Source: Acidobacteriota bacterium (lineage in GTDB: Bacteria > Acidobacteriota > Thermoanaerobaculia > Multivoradales > UBA5704). Taken from it: DNA of 64,000 bases. A model generated the notes under the pieces. That model did no database searches and was not told where the DNA came from. It was given only the letters and a program-made list of their open reading frames with translations. The translations under genes were made by a program, and so were the position numbers. Shown piece after piece: positions 1-9,991 of the stretch (position 1 is the stretch's first letter; the number at the start of each line of letters is the position of its first letter). The DNA is taken from NCBI GenBank assembly GCA_040005235.1, contig JBDTZG010000011.1:1-64000 (forward strand), written 5' to 3'.

Positions 1-140
1 TCAACTCCGCGAACGGTGGTTTCCGCCGCGAGCCATTGATGATACCGCTTCACACTGTAAAAACTAGTTGCTGCTCGATCATTCCCTCCGATTCTCGTCC
101 CTCTGAACCGACCGGAGCGCCGGTGATATGCTCAGCGCGT

Positions 141-812
141 ATGCTTTCGACCGTGGCCACGACCCGGGCGCGCGTTGCGCTCTCGCTCTCGCAATCCCCG
201 GTGATCGGCGTCGTTCGAACCGACGATCGATCGCTCGCCCGCGCGCAGGCGGAGGCGTTCCTTGCCGCAGGGCTGGAACTGGTCGAGATCACGTTCACGG
301 TTCCCGGCGCCGCCGACCTGGTGCGCGAGCTGCTCGCCCGGCGCGGCGGCGACGGTCCCGCCTGGATCGGAATGGGGACGGTCACCACCGCTTCTTGCGC
401 CCGCGAGGCGGTCGAGGCGGGCGCCGAGTTTCTGGTCACACCGAACGTCAGCTCCGAAGTCGGTGCGGTGGCTCGGACCGCGGATCTTTTCTGGGTCTGC
501 GGCGCGCTCACCCCCACCGAGGTGGTTGCCGCGCACGAGCTGGGAGCCGACCTCGTGAAGGTGTATCCTCTGCCCCCCGTGGGCGGCGCCGCGTACCTTG
601 CGACGATCCGCCAACCGCTAAGAGACATTCCCATGCTCGCTGCCGGTGGTTTCGGCATCGAGGATATTCCCCACTATGCCGCGGCCGGAGCTTCGGCTTT
701 CGGAATCGGCGGCCCCTTGGTGGGCGCCGACGAGGCTGAAACCCGGCATCGCGTAACGCGAGCACTGGAGCTTGCGCGCGCATCGCGGAACCCCCGCGCG
801 GAGACGAGATGA
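141..812 (+). CDS. eda: KDPG/KHG aldolase family protein
   Basis: ORF 36..812 trimmed to ATG 141; motifs VIGVVR, LVEITFTVP, IGMGTV, GAEFLVTP, GALTPTEV, VKVYP, GG. Confidence 0.8.
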   Translation: MLSTVATTRARVALSLSQSPVIGVVRTDDRSLARAQAEAFLAAGLELVEITFTVPGAADLVRELLARRGGDGPAWIGMGTVTTASCAREAVEAGAEFLVTPNVSSEVGAVARTADLFWVCGALTPTEVVAAHELGADLVKVYPLPPVGGAAYLATIRQPLRDIPMLAAGGFGIEDIPHYAAAGASAFGIGGPLVGADEAETRHRVTRALELARASRNPRAETR

Positions 813-1228
813 CCAACCCTACCCCGCCCCGCCAGTTGCTTTTCGATTCGACTCCCGAAATCTTCGCGACCGACACCGGGGGATCGTTCGTCTTTCCGCT
901 CGCGGTGGCCGGCAATCTCTATCTCGCGACCCAGTCGTATGACGAAATCCGGTTCGTCTTCTCGCTCTGGCATCCTTCGGGCCAGCGGACGATCGACTTG
1001 GATCGGGCCTACGTCGAGCTGCGAGCCTCGTTCGATCCCGACGACGAGCACTGGACCAAGCTCGCAGAGATCGAGCCGGTCGTGCCGCCTTATGCGGGCA
1101 GCGACAGCTTCGACGGCTGGATCGTCCTGCCGGTGCTCGCCGCGAACTGTGCGTTCGCCTTGGCCGGCAGCGGCTTTGAGACCCGCGCCCGAGTGCAGGT
1201 CCGCGCCAGCGCATATTTCGTCGCCTGA
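809..1228 (+). CDS. hypothetical protein (139 aa)
   Basis: ATGA overlap with aldolase stop; protein-like composition; no family recognised. Confidence 0.7.
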   Translation: MTNPTPPRQLLFDSTPEIFATDTGGSFVFPLAVAGNLYLATQSYDEIRFVFSLWHPSGQRTIDLDRAYVELRASFDPDDEHWTKLAEIEPVVPPYAGSDSFDGWIVLPVLAANCAFALAGSGFETRARVQVRASAYFVA

Positions 1229-1250
1229 CGCCATCTCGGCGGGAGCCTCC

Positions 1251-2498
1251 ATGCGCCATCTCGACCTGCTGCGGCGACTCGCCCAATCGCACGACTCGAA
1301 GATCGTCCTCCTCGTCCTCGACGGGGTGGGCGACATCCGGACGTCCGATCAGCCCCAGACGGCGCTCGAAGCGGCCAATCTGCCGCACTTCGACGCGCTC
1401 GCCGGCCGTTCCGCGCTTGGCCGTCTGATTCCCGTCTATCCCGGGGTCACGCCCGGCAGCGGACCCGGCCATCTGGGCCTGTTCGGCTACGACCCGAGCG
1501 ACCCGGCGGCCGACATCGGCCGCGGCATCCTGGAGGCGATCGGCGAGGGTCTGCCGATCGGACCGGGCGACGTCGCCGCGCGGGGAAATTTCGCGACTGC
1601 CAATCGCGAGGGCCTTCTGACCGACCGCAGGGCCGGGCGCATTCCGACCGAAGAATGCCAACGGCTGTGCAAGGTGATCAACCTGGCTCTCGCCGCCGCT
1701 CTCGAAGCGGCGCCGATTCCGGGTCTCATCGTCCACGTGGCGCCTGGCGAAGGGCACCGATTCGTCCTTCACCTTCAGGGCAAGATCGACGGCGCTCCGC
1801 TTTCGGCGGTGATCGCCGACACCGACCCTCAGCAGCTCGACGTGGCGCCGCTACCGGTCCAGGCGACCGCGCCGGAGGGTGAGGTTACCGCCGCAGCGAT
1901 CGCCCGGATCGTCGAGATCGTCGAGCGGGCGATTGTCGAAGAGCCGCGGGCGAACCGCGCTCTTTTGCGCGGCTTCTCCCAGCTGCCGCACCTGCCGCAG
2001 ATCCCCGAGCTGTACAAGCTCCGCGCCGGGGCGTTCGCCGGCTATCCGCTCTACCGCGGGGCGGCGGCCGCGAGCGGCATGGAGATCGTCCCCTGCGGCA
2101 AGAAGTTCTCGGAGATTTTGGAGGTCGTGCGGGCGGAATGGGACCGGTTCGACTTCTTCTTCCTCCACGTCAAGCAGACCGACCAGGCGGGCGAGGACGG
2201 CAATCTCGCGGCGAAGATCGGGGTGCTCGAAGACGTCGACGCGCATCTGCCCGACCTGCTCGCCTTGGGACCCGATGTCGTAGCGGTCACCGGCGACCAT
2301 TCGACCCCTGCGCCGATGAAGGCCCACAGCTGGCACCCGGTGCCGCTGCTGATCCATTCGGAGATCTGCTCGTTCGGCTTCGCCGACGAATTCTCCGAGC
2401 GCGCCTGCGCCCACGGCGAGATCGGCACGATCCCCTCCTACCAGATGATGTCGTTGCTGCTCGCCAACGCCGGCCGGCTGGCGAAATTCGGGGCCTGA
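1251..2498 (+). CDS. apgM: 2,3-BPG-independent phosphoglycerate mutase, archaeal-type
   Basis: KIVLLVLDGVGD, PGSGPGHLGLFGYDP, ARGNFAT, DRRAGRI, TDQAGEDG, VTGDHSTP, HSWHPVP. Confidence 0.9.
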   Translation: MRHLDLLRRLAQSHDSKIVLLVLDGVGDIRTSDQPQTALEAANLPHFDALAGRSALGRLIPVYPGVTPGSGPGHLGLFGYDPSDPAADIGRGILEAIGEGLPIGPGDVAARGNFATANREGLLTDRRAGRIPTEECQRLCKVINLALAAALEAAPIPGLIVHVAPGEGHRFVLHLQGKIDGAPLSAVIADTDPQQLDVAPLPVQATAPEGEVTAAAIARIVEIVERAIVEEPRANRALLRGFSQLPHLPQIPELYKLRAGAFAGYPLYRGAAAASGMEIVPCGKKFSEILEVVRAEWDRFDFFFLHVKQTDQAGEDGNLAAKIGVLEDVDAHLPDLLALGPDVVAVTGDHSTPAPMKAHSWHPVPLLIHSEICSFGFADEFSERACAHGEIGTIPSYQMMSLLLANAGRLAKFGA

Positions 2499-2512
2499 AC
2501 CCATTCGGGCAA

Positions 2513-2614
2513 GAGGCGCGATGGCTTAGGGCGTCTGAGGACGGAGCGAACCTGTTTGAGCCGAAGGCGAGTTTTGAGCTCCGCCCGCAAGGCACCCTAG
2601 GCCATCGCGCCCTC
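2513..2614. repeat. ~100-bp imperfect palindrome (REP-like element / bidirectional hairpin) between convergent genes
   Basis: GCGCGATGGCTTAGGGCGTC pairs with GGCACCCTAGGCCATCGCGC; inner stem CGGAGC...GCTCCG. Confidence 0.6.
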
Positions 2615-3162
2615 TAGCGAAATCCCCGCCGCAGCTCGCGACGGAAGGTTCCGAAGGCTTCGTTGTCGTGGAGCACCACGACCACCCGTTCGAGCTTCGT
2701 GCCCCCTTGGAGGTAGCGATGTACCTCGGTGAGCAGGATGCGCGCGGCCCGGTCCATCGGGAAGCCGAAATTGCCGGTCGAGATCGCCGGGATCGCGATC
2801 GAGCGCAGGCCGGCGCGATCCGCGAGCGCCATCGCCGAGCGGACGGCCGAGGCGAGTTTGCGGTCCTCGTCCCCTTCGCCCATCTGCGGTCCCACGGCGT
2901 GGATCACCTGCTTGACCTTCAAATGTCCGGGTCCGGTCATCACGGCGGAGCCGACCGCGGCGTAGCCGATCCGGTTGCATTCCTCTTGGATCGACGCGCC
3001 CGCCCGCTTCAAAATCGCACCCGCGACGCCGGTTCCGAGCTTCAGATTTTCGTTCGCGGCGTTGACGATGGCATCGACATCGACCAACGTGATGTCACCC
3101 TCGATCAGCTCGAGCTGGGTGTGTTCTAGCGTCAAGGTCACCCTGTTCTCGATCGTGGTCAC
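2614..3162 (-). CDS. macro domain protein (ADP-ribose binding/hydrolase)
   Basis: EGDIT, DAIVNAAN, GVAGAI, VIHAVGP, SIAIPAISTGNFGFP; GTG start with GGAGG RBS. Confidence 0.9.
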   Translation of the reverse strand: MTTIENRVTLTLEHTQLELIEGDITLVDVDAIVNAANENLKLGTGVAGAILKRAGASIQEECNRIGYAAVGSAVMTGPGHLKVKQVIHAVGPQMGEGDEDRKLASAVRSAMALADRAGLRSIAIPAISTGNFGFPMDRAARILLTEVHRYLQGGTKLERVVVVLHDNEAFGTFRRELRRGFR

Positions 3163-3271
3163 TGCCTGGCCTCCAGCTCGGGGAACCGCCTGCGGTGGCC
3201 AAATCATATCAAGTACGGCGTAGAACGCCGAAACGGGCTCGGGAGAATCCCTGAGGTAGACTCCCGCGACC

Positions 3272-5188
3272 ATGTGGAGAGAGCTCAATTCCCAGCTGAA
3301 ACAAGAGATGACGCGCGCGATCCGAGGAAGGTTCGGCGTCGAACACGATCCGGTTCTCGAAGTGCCGCCGCGTCGCGAGCTGGGCGACTTGGCGTTTCCC
3401 GCCGCGCTCCAGCTCGCCCGGACGCTCAAGAAGAACCCTAGGGCGATCGCCGAGGAGCTGCAGGCCGAATTTCGGCTTCCGTCCGGGGTCCGCGAGATCC
3501 GCATCCTGGGCGCCGGCTATCTCAATCTGTTCCTCGACCGCCCGGCGTTCGTTGGCCGGCTGCTCGACGCGCCGATCCTTTCGGGCACCTCCCGGGCGGA
3601 AAAAGTCATCGTAGAGCACACCAACATCAACCCGAACAAGGCGGCGCACATCGGCCACCTCCGCAACGCCGTTCTCGGCGACGTGCTCGGCCGGTCCTTA
3701 CGCGCGCTCGGTTTTCCGACCGAGGTGCAGAACTACATCGACGACACGGGGGTCCAGGTGGCCGACGTGGTGGTCGGTTTCCTCGACCTGCGCGGCTCGA
3801 CCCTCGCCGAGGTGGCCGCCCTGCCCGAGCCGTTCGACTTCTACTGTTGGGATCTCTACAGCGAAGTCGGCCGCTGGTTCGGGGACAACCCCGAACGCCA
3901 GGCGCTCCGCCGCGCGACGCTCCACGAGCTGGAATCCGGAGAGGGACTGCGCGCCGAAATGGGTCGCCTGGTCGCCCGGCGGATCGTCGGCCGGCATCTT
4001 GCGACCATGGCTCGGCTGGGCATCGGCTACGACCTGCTCACCCACGAGAGCGACATCCTGGCGCTCCATTTCTTCAACGTCGCGTTCGAGCGCCTGAAGG
4101 TCTCCGGCGCCGTGCGGCTCGAAGCGGACGGCAAGAACAAGGATTGCTGGGTGATGCCGCTTTCGGAGAGCGACGAATTCGCGGGCCTCGAAGATCCGGA
4201 CAAAGTGATCGTCCGCTCCGACGGCACGGTCACCTACGTCGGCAAGGACATCGCCTACCAGCTCTGGAAGTTCGGCCTGTTGGGCCAGGATTTCCAGTAT
4301 CGCCTGTGGGCCGAGCGGAACCTTTGGCAGACCTGTCACCAGGACGGCGTGGCCGAACACCCGGCGTTCGGAGGCGCGAGCCGGGTGATCAATGTGATCG
4401 ACAACCGCCAGTCGTACCTCCAGAAAATCGTTCGCGCCGGCCTCGAATCGCTCGGCCACGGGGAAGAGGCGAAGCGCTCGGTCCATTTCGCCTACGAGAT
4501 GGTCGCCCTCTCCCCGGCCACCGCCCGGCTGCTCGGATTCGCGGTCGAAGGGGAAGAAAAGGCGTTGGAGATGTCCGGCCGCAAAGGTATCGGAGTCAAA
4601 GCCGACGACCTGATCGACCAGCTCCAGGCCAAGAGCCGCGAGGAGATCGCCTCCCGCAACCGCGAGCTCGATCCCGCGACGCTCGACACCCTGGCGAATC
4701 AGATCGCGGTCGCTGCGATCCGCTTCTTCATGGTCAAGGCGACCACCAACCGGGTGATCGCGTTCGATTTCGACGAGGCGCTGTCGTTCGAAGGGGAGTC
4801 CGGCCCGTACCTCCAGTACTCGCTGGTGCGGGCGAAAAACATCCGCCGCCGGCTGGTCGAAGCGGGCCTCGCGGCCGAAGTTTCGGCCGGCGAGGCCGCC
4901 GAGATTCCGGCCGAGGCCTACGCCGACGACCTGTGGGACCTGGCGCTCGCGACCGCCCAGGTGGAAGAGGCGATCGAACGCGGCGCCCTCGGGCTGGAGC
5001 TGTCGATCGTCGCCCGCCAGGCGCTCGACCTGGCGCAGAAATTCAACCAGGCGTACCACAAGCACCCGATTCTCCACGAGACCGACGAGACCCTCCGCAC
5101 CGCCCGGCTCGCCGCCGTGCAGGTGTACCAGAAGGGGCTGGAAACCCTCGCCGACGTTTTGGGAGTGCCGGTGCCGGACAAGATGTAG
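3272..5188 (+). CDS. argS: arginyl-tRNA synthetase
   Basis: EHTNINPNKAAHIGHLRNAVLGD (HIGH), EMSGRKG, SFEGESGPYLQYS, C-terminal PDKM. Confidence 0.95.
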   Translation: MWRELNSQLKQEMTRAIRGRFGVEHDPVLEVPPRRELGDLAFPAALQLARTLKKNPRAIAEELQAEFRLPSGVREIRILGAGYLNLFLDRPAFVGRLLDAPILSGTSRAEKVIVEHTNINPNKAAHIGHLRNAVLGDVLGRSLRALGFPTEVQNYIDDTGVQVADVVVGFLDLRGSTLAEVAALPEPFDFYCWDLYSEVGRWFGDNPERQALRRATLHELESGEGLRAEMGRLVARRIVGRHLATMARLGIGYDLLTHESDILALHFFNVAFERLKVSGAVRLEADGKNKDCWVMPLSESDEFAGLEDPDKVIVRSDGTVTYVGKDIAYQLWKFGLLGQDFQYRLWAERNLWQTCHQDGVAEHPAFGGASRVINVIDNRQSYLQKIVRAGLESLGHGEEAKRSVHFAYEMVALSPATARLLGFAVEGEEKALEMSGRKGIGVKADDLIDQLQAKSREEIASRNRELDPATLDTLANQIAVAAIRFFMVKATTNRVIAFDFDEALSFEGESGPYLQYSLVRAKNIRRRLVEAGLAAEVSAGEAAEIPAEAYADDLWDLALATAQVEEAIERGALGLELSIVARQALDLAQKFNQAYHKHPILHETDETLRTARLAAVQVYQKGLETLADVLGVPVPDKM

Positions 5189-5209
5189 CGCGGCGCGAGA
5201 TCTCCGTTC

Positions 5210-6379
5210 ATGCCGACTTTTACGATCCTCGCTCCCACCGTTCCAACCGTACCGGCCGCCCCGGCGGCTTCCGCGGGTCCGGCACCTTCCGCGCCGTGGG
5301 ACCGTCGTGCGCCCGAGCGGGCCGGGCTCCCCTCGGCGTGGGCGCTGCTGCCGGATCAGCTTGCGGATCTCGGCTGTCCAGGGGCTCCCGAGCATGCGTT
5401 CGGCCGGTTGCAGCGGGTGCTCACCTGGGGGCGGGCTCCGGGTACCACCGCTCCGGATGCGAGCACTCCGGACCGGCAGTTGTTCCTGGCCCGCAACACC
5501 CGAGCTTGGCTGGCGGAGCACGCGGATCTCTCGCTGCCCCGGGTCGCTGAGCGCTTTGCCTCCGACGATGGTGCCACCAAGCTGGTGTTGGAGCTTTCCG
5601 ACGGCCATCGGATCGAAGCGATCCACATGCCGCGGCGGCCTGACGGCAGAGTCACGTTTTGTATTTCGAGCCAGGTCGGCTGCGCCCTCGGCTGCACGTT
5701 CTGCGCGACCGGCGCGATGGGCATCGTGAGGAACCTCTCCGCCGGGGAGATCGTCGGTCAGGTGCTCGTCCTGATGCACGAGCTGGGACCGAAGCGGGGC
5801 GATCTCGCAACTCTCGTGTTCATGGGCATGGGCGAGCCGCTGCACAACCTCGATCAGGTCCACCGGGCGATCCGCGTGCTCTGTCATCCGGGCGGCGCGG
5901 GCCTCTCGTCGAGGCGAATCACGGTCAGCACCGCGGGACTCGTCCCTGGAATCGAGCGGCTGGCAAAGATGACCCCCCGGCCGCAGCTCGCGGTCTCCCT
6001 GAACGCCACGACCGACGCCCGGCGCTCGGCGACCATGCCGATCAACCGAGCCTTCAACCTCGCCCGCCTGCGCCAGGCGCTCGCCGATTGGCCGCTCGAA
6101 AAGAACGAGCGCTTCCTGTTCGAGTACGTGATGCTCGCCGGGGAGAACGACACCGACGAAGACGCCGACCGCCTCGCCGCCTGGCTGGGCGACCTGCGGC
6201 ACTGCCACAACGTGAACCTGATCCCGATGAACGAGCACGCCCGCTCGGAGTTTCGCGAGCCGGCGGGCGACCGCGTTCAGCGATTTCTGCGCCGCCTACG
6301 CGATCACGGCTGTTTCGTGAGCGTCAGGAAAAGCCGCAGCCGCAACGTCCAGGGGGCATGCGGGCAATTGGTGAGCTGA
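5210..6379 (+). CDS. rlmN: RlmN/Cfr-family radical SAM RNA methyltransferase
   Basis: CISSQVGCALGCTFCATG, FMGMGEPLHN, ITVSTAG, EYVML, GACGQL. Confidence 0.85.
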   Translation: MPTFTILAPTVPTVPAAPAASAGPAPSAPWDRRAPERAGLPSAWALLPDQLADLGCPGAPEHAFGRLQRVLTWGRAPGTTAPDASTPDRQLFLARNTRAWLAEHADLSLPRVAERFASDDGATKLVLELSDGHRIEAIHMPRRPDGRVTFCISSQVGCALGCTFCATGAMGIVRNLSAGEIVGQVLVLMHELGPKRGDLATLVFMGMGEPLHNLDQVHRAIRVLCHPGGAGLSSRRITVSTAGLVPGIERLAKMTPRPQLAVSLNATTDARRSATMPINRAFNLARLRQALADWPLEKNERFLFEYVMLAGENDTDEDADRLAAWLGDLRHCHNVNLIPMNEHARSEFREPAGDRVQRFLRRLRDHGCFVSVRKSRSRNVQGACGQLVS

Positions 6380-7465
6380 TTACGCCGCCGCCCGGCCCGC
6401 GTTGTCGGCCATCTTCTGCGCTTGGTAGTGGGCGACGAGCGGGTCGATCAACCCATCCATGCCCCCTTCGAGCACTCCCGGCAGGTTGTGGACCGAGATG
6501 CCGATGCGGTGGTCGGTCACCCGGTTCTGGGGGAAGTTGTAGGTGCGGATCTTCTCGGACCGGTCGCCGGAGCCGACCATTTTCTTCCGCTCCTCGTCCA
6601 TCTGCGAATCCTGCTTCTGCTGCTCCATCTCGAACAGGCGGGACTTCAAGACGCGCATGGCCTTCGCGCGGTTCTTGATCTGGCTCCGCTCGTCCTGGCA
6701 GCTGACGACGATGCCGCTCGGTAGGTGGGTGATGCGCACGGCGGAATAGGTCGTGTTGACCCCCTGGCCACCTGGGCCTGAGGCGCAGAAGCGGTCGATC
6801 CGCAGGTCCTTTTCTTCCACCGAGATCTCGACGTCTTCTGCTTCCGGCAGCACGGCAACCGTCACCGCGGAGGTGTGAATGCGCCCGGAGGCTTCGGTTT
6901 CCGGAACCCGCTGCACCCGGTGGACGCCCCCCTCGTATTTGAGTCGGCTGTAGGCGCCGCGCCCCTCGATGATCGCCGAGACCTCTTTGATGCCCCGGAC
7001 GCCCGACTCGGAGATGTCGATCACCTCGACCCGCCAACCCCTCACTTCGGCATAGCGGCTGTACATCCGGAACAGCTCGCCCGCGAACAGGGACGCTTCG
7101 TCGCCGCCCGTGCCGGCGCGGATTTCGAGCACGACGTTCTTCGCGTCGTTCGGGTCCTTGGGGGTGAGCTCGACGCGCAACGCCTCTTCCGCCGCCAAGA
7201 GCTGCGGTTCGAGCGCGCCGAGCTCCTCTTCCGCGAGGGCGTACATCTCATCGTCCTTGGGGGTGCTCGCCAGAACCTCTTTGGCTTCGCGGATCTGGCG
7301 GGCGACCTTCGCGTGCTGGCGGTAGAGATCGACCAGCGGCCGGATCTCCACGATGTGCCGATTGGTGTCGGCATACGCTTTATGATCGCCCAGAATCGTC
7401 GGATCGGCGAGCTTGGCGTTTAAGTCTTCGTAGGTTCTTTCGATATCGGCCAGGCGTTCGAACAT
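6380..7465 (-). CDS. prfA: peptide chain release factor 1
   Basis: EIRAGTGGDEA, VQRVPETE (PxT), GGQ motif, RSEKIRTYNFPQNRVTDHRI. Confidence 0.97.
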   Translation of the reverse strand: MFERLADIERTYEDLNAKLADPTILGDHKAYADTNRHIVEIRPLVDLYRQHAKVARQIREAKEVLASTPKDDEMYALAEEELGALEPQLLAAEEALRVELTPKDPNDAKNVVLEIRAGTGGDEASLFAGELFRMYSRYAEVRGWRVEVIDISESGVRGIKEVSAIIEGRGAYSRLKYEGGVHRVQRVPETEASGRIHTSAVTVAVLPEAEDVEISVEEKDLRIDRFCASGPGGQGVNTTYSAVRITHLPSGIVVSCQDERSQIKNRAKAMRVLKSRLFEMEQQKQDSQMDEERKKMVGSGDRSEKIRTYNFPQNRVTDHRIGISVHNLPGVLEGGMDGLIDPLVAHYQAQKMADNAGRAAA

Positions 7466-7573
7466 GGGCTACCTCGCTCCGTTGGGTCTTGTGGCGACCC
7501 TTTTGACGACCCCAGAAACGGCGACGCCGCGGCACTTGCCGGCCGCGGCGCAAGGGTTCGTACGCGAGCGAAG

Positions 7574-7777
7574 CTAAGCGGCTTTGTTGTAGCGCTTCTT
7601 GAAGCGCTCGACGCGGCCGGCGGTGTCGATCAGCTTCTGCTTGCCGGAAAAGAACGGATGGCAGACGCTGCAGATCTCGAGCCGCAGATCCTTCTTCGTC
7701 GAATGGGTCTCGAACGTGTTGCCGCAGGCGCAGATTGCGGTCACGAGGTTCAGCTGGGGGTGGAGATTTTCTTTCAC
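7574..7777 (-). CDS. rpmE: 50S ribosomal protein L31 (Zn-binding form)
   Basis: GTG start; [30 protein letters not shown]. Confidence 0.95.
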   Translation of the reverse strand: MKENLHPQLNLVTAICACGNTFETHSTKKDLRLEICSVCHPFFSGKQKLIDTAGRVERFKKRYNKAA

Positions 7778-8018
7778 TGGAACATCCCCTCTCTGCTTTG
7801 GCTTGGGACGACACCTGGCGGCGATGTACGCCAGAGACGCCGTAAGAGCCCGGGAGGATACCCGAAAGCGGGCATCCCTCGCAAGAACTTCGATTCGAAC
7901 CGGAAAATTGCAGGCCTCGGGGACCGGGGGAGGGCCAGACGTTCTTACACACTGACCCCCTTGTGTGTCACACTTTGGCCAGGAATCAACACCCTGACTA
8001 TTGTCTATACGCCACTGC

Positions 8019-8063
8019 CCCGGCTTTGGATTTCCCGGCTTTGGATTTCCCGGCTTTGGATTT
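8019..8063. repeat. perfect 15-bp tandem repeat x3 (CCCGGCTTTGGATTT)
   Basis: read directly; lies in the divergent rpmE / haloperoxidase intergenic region. Confidence 0.95.
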
Positions 8064-8143
8064 TCCGACCCTCGCCGAGACGCGATCTTCACCTGCTGAT
8101 AGTCGGTTTGACTGGCTGTACATCAACCATAGGAGTAAATCGT

Positions 8144-9901
8144 ATGAGCACCGAGCAGGACGAAACCCAAGCGCCGGAGAGCGCCGAGATTCCTAACGTC
8201 AGCCGTCGGCAGTTCTTGGGTGGAGCGGGCGCTGCGGTGATCGGCGCGAGCGTCGGCGCGCTCGCCTTCGCACCGAAAAGCGAGGCGGCCGGAGCGACTG
8301 CGGCGGCCGCAGCGACTGCGGAGGTCGAGGGTGACAGCATCATCATCGACCAAGCGAACGTCGGTCGCACCCTGGCCTCCTACAACTTCCGGGTGAACGC
8401 TGCCAAAGTCCGGCGCGATGCGCCCCATCCCCAGCACCGTTCGAACGGCGACGAAACGCGCTACCCGAACCGCATCGGCAGCTACTCGAAGGGCTTGCCG
8501 CACAACGAGTTCGGCGAAGTCAGCGCGTCGGCGTACTCGAAGATGTTGAAGGCTCTTCAGACCGGCGCCCCCTCCGATTTCGAGGCGATTCCCTTGGGGG
8601 GGCCGCGCTTCCTGACCAACCCGCAGTCCGGTCTCGCCTTCGACCTCGAAGGCCTCGACTCCCATGCCGTCACGGCGCCTGCGGCGCCGCAGCTCTCCTC
8701 TGCCGAGGAAGCGGGCGAGGCCGTCGAGCTCTACTGGATGGCTCTTTTGCGCGACGTCCACTTCGAGGACTACGAGAACAACGATCTCGCGATTGCCGCG
8801 GCCGCCGACCTGACCAGCTTAAGAAACAGCTTCAAAGGCCCGAAAGATAATCACGGCGTGGTGACTCCGCAGACGCTCTTCCGCGATCCGCTGCCCGGCA
8901 CTACGGTTGGACCCTACCTCTCGCAGTTCATGATGAAGGGTACCCCCCTCGGTTCGGAGTTCGTCGATCGCCGCTCGCGCGTCTTCGCCACGGGTTCCGA
9001 CCACATGACGAACTTCGATGACTGGTTGACGGTGCAGAACGGCGGCGTCAACGAGACCACTTCGTACGACTCGCAGCGCCGCTTGCTGCGCAACGGCCGC
9101 GACCTCTCTTCCTGGGTGCAGATGGACGTCCTGTTCCAGGCGTACTTCGATGCCCTGGTCATCATGGGCGCGCCGCCGAGCACATTCGACCAGAACGCCG
9201 ATGGCATGGGCGTGCCGCCGAACGTGGGCAATCCGTATCGCAACTCGGGGAACCAGCTCGGCTTCGCCACGTTCGGCCCACCGCACTTTGCCGCTCTGCT
9301 TTGCGAAGTCGCGTCGCGCGCGCTCAAGGCGACCTGGTTTCAGAAGTGGTTCGTGCATCGCCGGCTCCGGCCGGAGGCGTTCGGCGGCCTGGTCCACCTG
9401 CAGAAGACGCAAAATCGCTACCCGGGCCTTCTTCACGACAACATCCTCAATTCGCCCGTGCTCGACGCGACGTTCGAAAAGTTCGGGAGCTACCTGCATC
9501 CGATGGCGTTCCCCGAAGGGTCGCCGACCCACCCGTCCTACACCGCGGGCCACGCCACCGTGGCAGGCGCCTGCGTGACGATTTTGAAGGCTCTGTTCGA
9601 CGAGACCTTCGAGATTCCGAGTCCTGTGCAGGTGAGCGCGGACGGCCTGTCGCTCGTGCCCTACACGGGTCCGAAGCTTACGGTCTTGAGCGAGCTCCAC
9701 AAAGTCTGCTCGAACATCGGAACCGGCCGCAACATCGCCGGCGTCCACTGGCGCAGCGACGCGGTCCAATCGTTCAAGCTGGGCGAGAAGATCGCAATCT
9801 CCATCCTGGAAGACCAGAAAGCGAGCTACAACGAGGTCCGTCGAGACTTCTTCACGGGCTTCATCTTCACCAAGTTCGACGGCACGAGGAAAGTCATCTA
9901 A
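8144..9901 (+). CDS. vanadium-dependent haloperoxidase with Tat signal
   Basis: AGGAG RBS; SRRQFL twin-arginine motif; QKWFVHRRLRPEA, HPSYTAGHATVAGAC, GRNIAGVHWRSD vanadate-binding motifs. Confidence 0.9.
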   Translation: MSTEQDETQAPESAEIPNVSRRQFLGGAGAAVIGASVGALAFAPKSEAAGATAAAAATAEVEGDSIIIDQANVGRTLASYNFRVNAAKVRRDAPHPQHRSNGDETRYPNRIGSYSKGLPHNEFGEVSASAYSKMLKALQTGAPSDFEAIPLGGPRFLTNPQSGLAFDLEGLDSHAVTAPAAPQLSSAEEAGEAVELYWMALLRDVHFEDYENNDLAIAAAADLTSLRNSFKGPKDNHGVVTPQTLFRDPLPGTTVGPYLSQFMMKGTPLGSEFVDRRSRVFATGSDHMTNFDDWLTVQNGGVNETTSYDSQRRLLRNGRDLSSWVQMDVLFQAYFDALVIMGAPPSTFDQNADGMGVPPNVGNPYRNSGNQLGFATFGPPHFAALLCEVASRALKATWFQKWFVHRRLRPEAFGGLVHLQKTQNRYPGLLHDNILNSPVLDATFEKFGSYLHPMAFPEGSPTHPSYTAGHATVAGACVTILKALFDETFEIPSPVQVSADGLSLVPYTGPKLTVLSELHKVCSNIGTGRNIAGVHWRSDAVQSFKLGEKIAISILEDQKASYNEVRRDFFTGFIFTKFDGTRKVI

Positions 9902-9933
9902 CTCGGACCGGCTGTTGCACGGCAGCAACGAAG

Positions 9934-9974
9934 AAAAAACGCGGCCGCTCCCTAAATGGGGCGGTCGCGTTTTT
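9934..9974. terminator. bidirectional rho-independent terminator
   Basis: AAAAAACGCGGCCGCTCC-loop-GGGGCGGTCGCGTTTTT between convergent genes. Confidence 0.85.
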
Positions 9975-9991
9975 CATTGGGGCGGGAAACC

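Noticed and set aside
3698-6238. Long antisense/alternate-frame ORFs (also 13488..15245, 34038..36455, 55848..57467, 62043..63578)
   Set aside because: Shadows of well-supported genes in high-GC DNA; no motifs.
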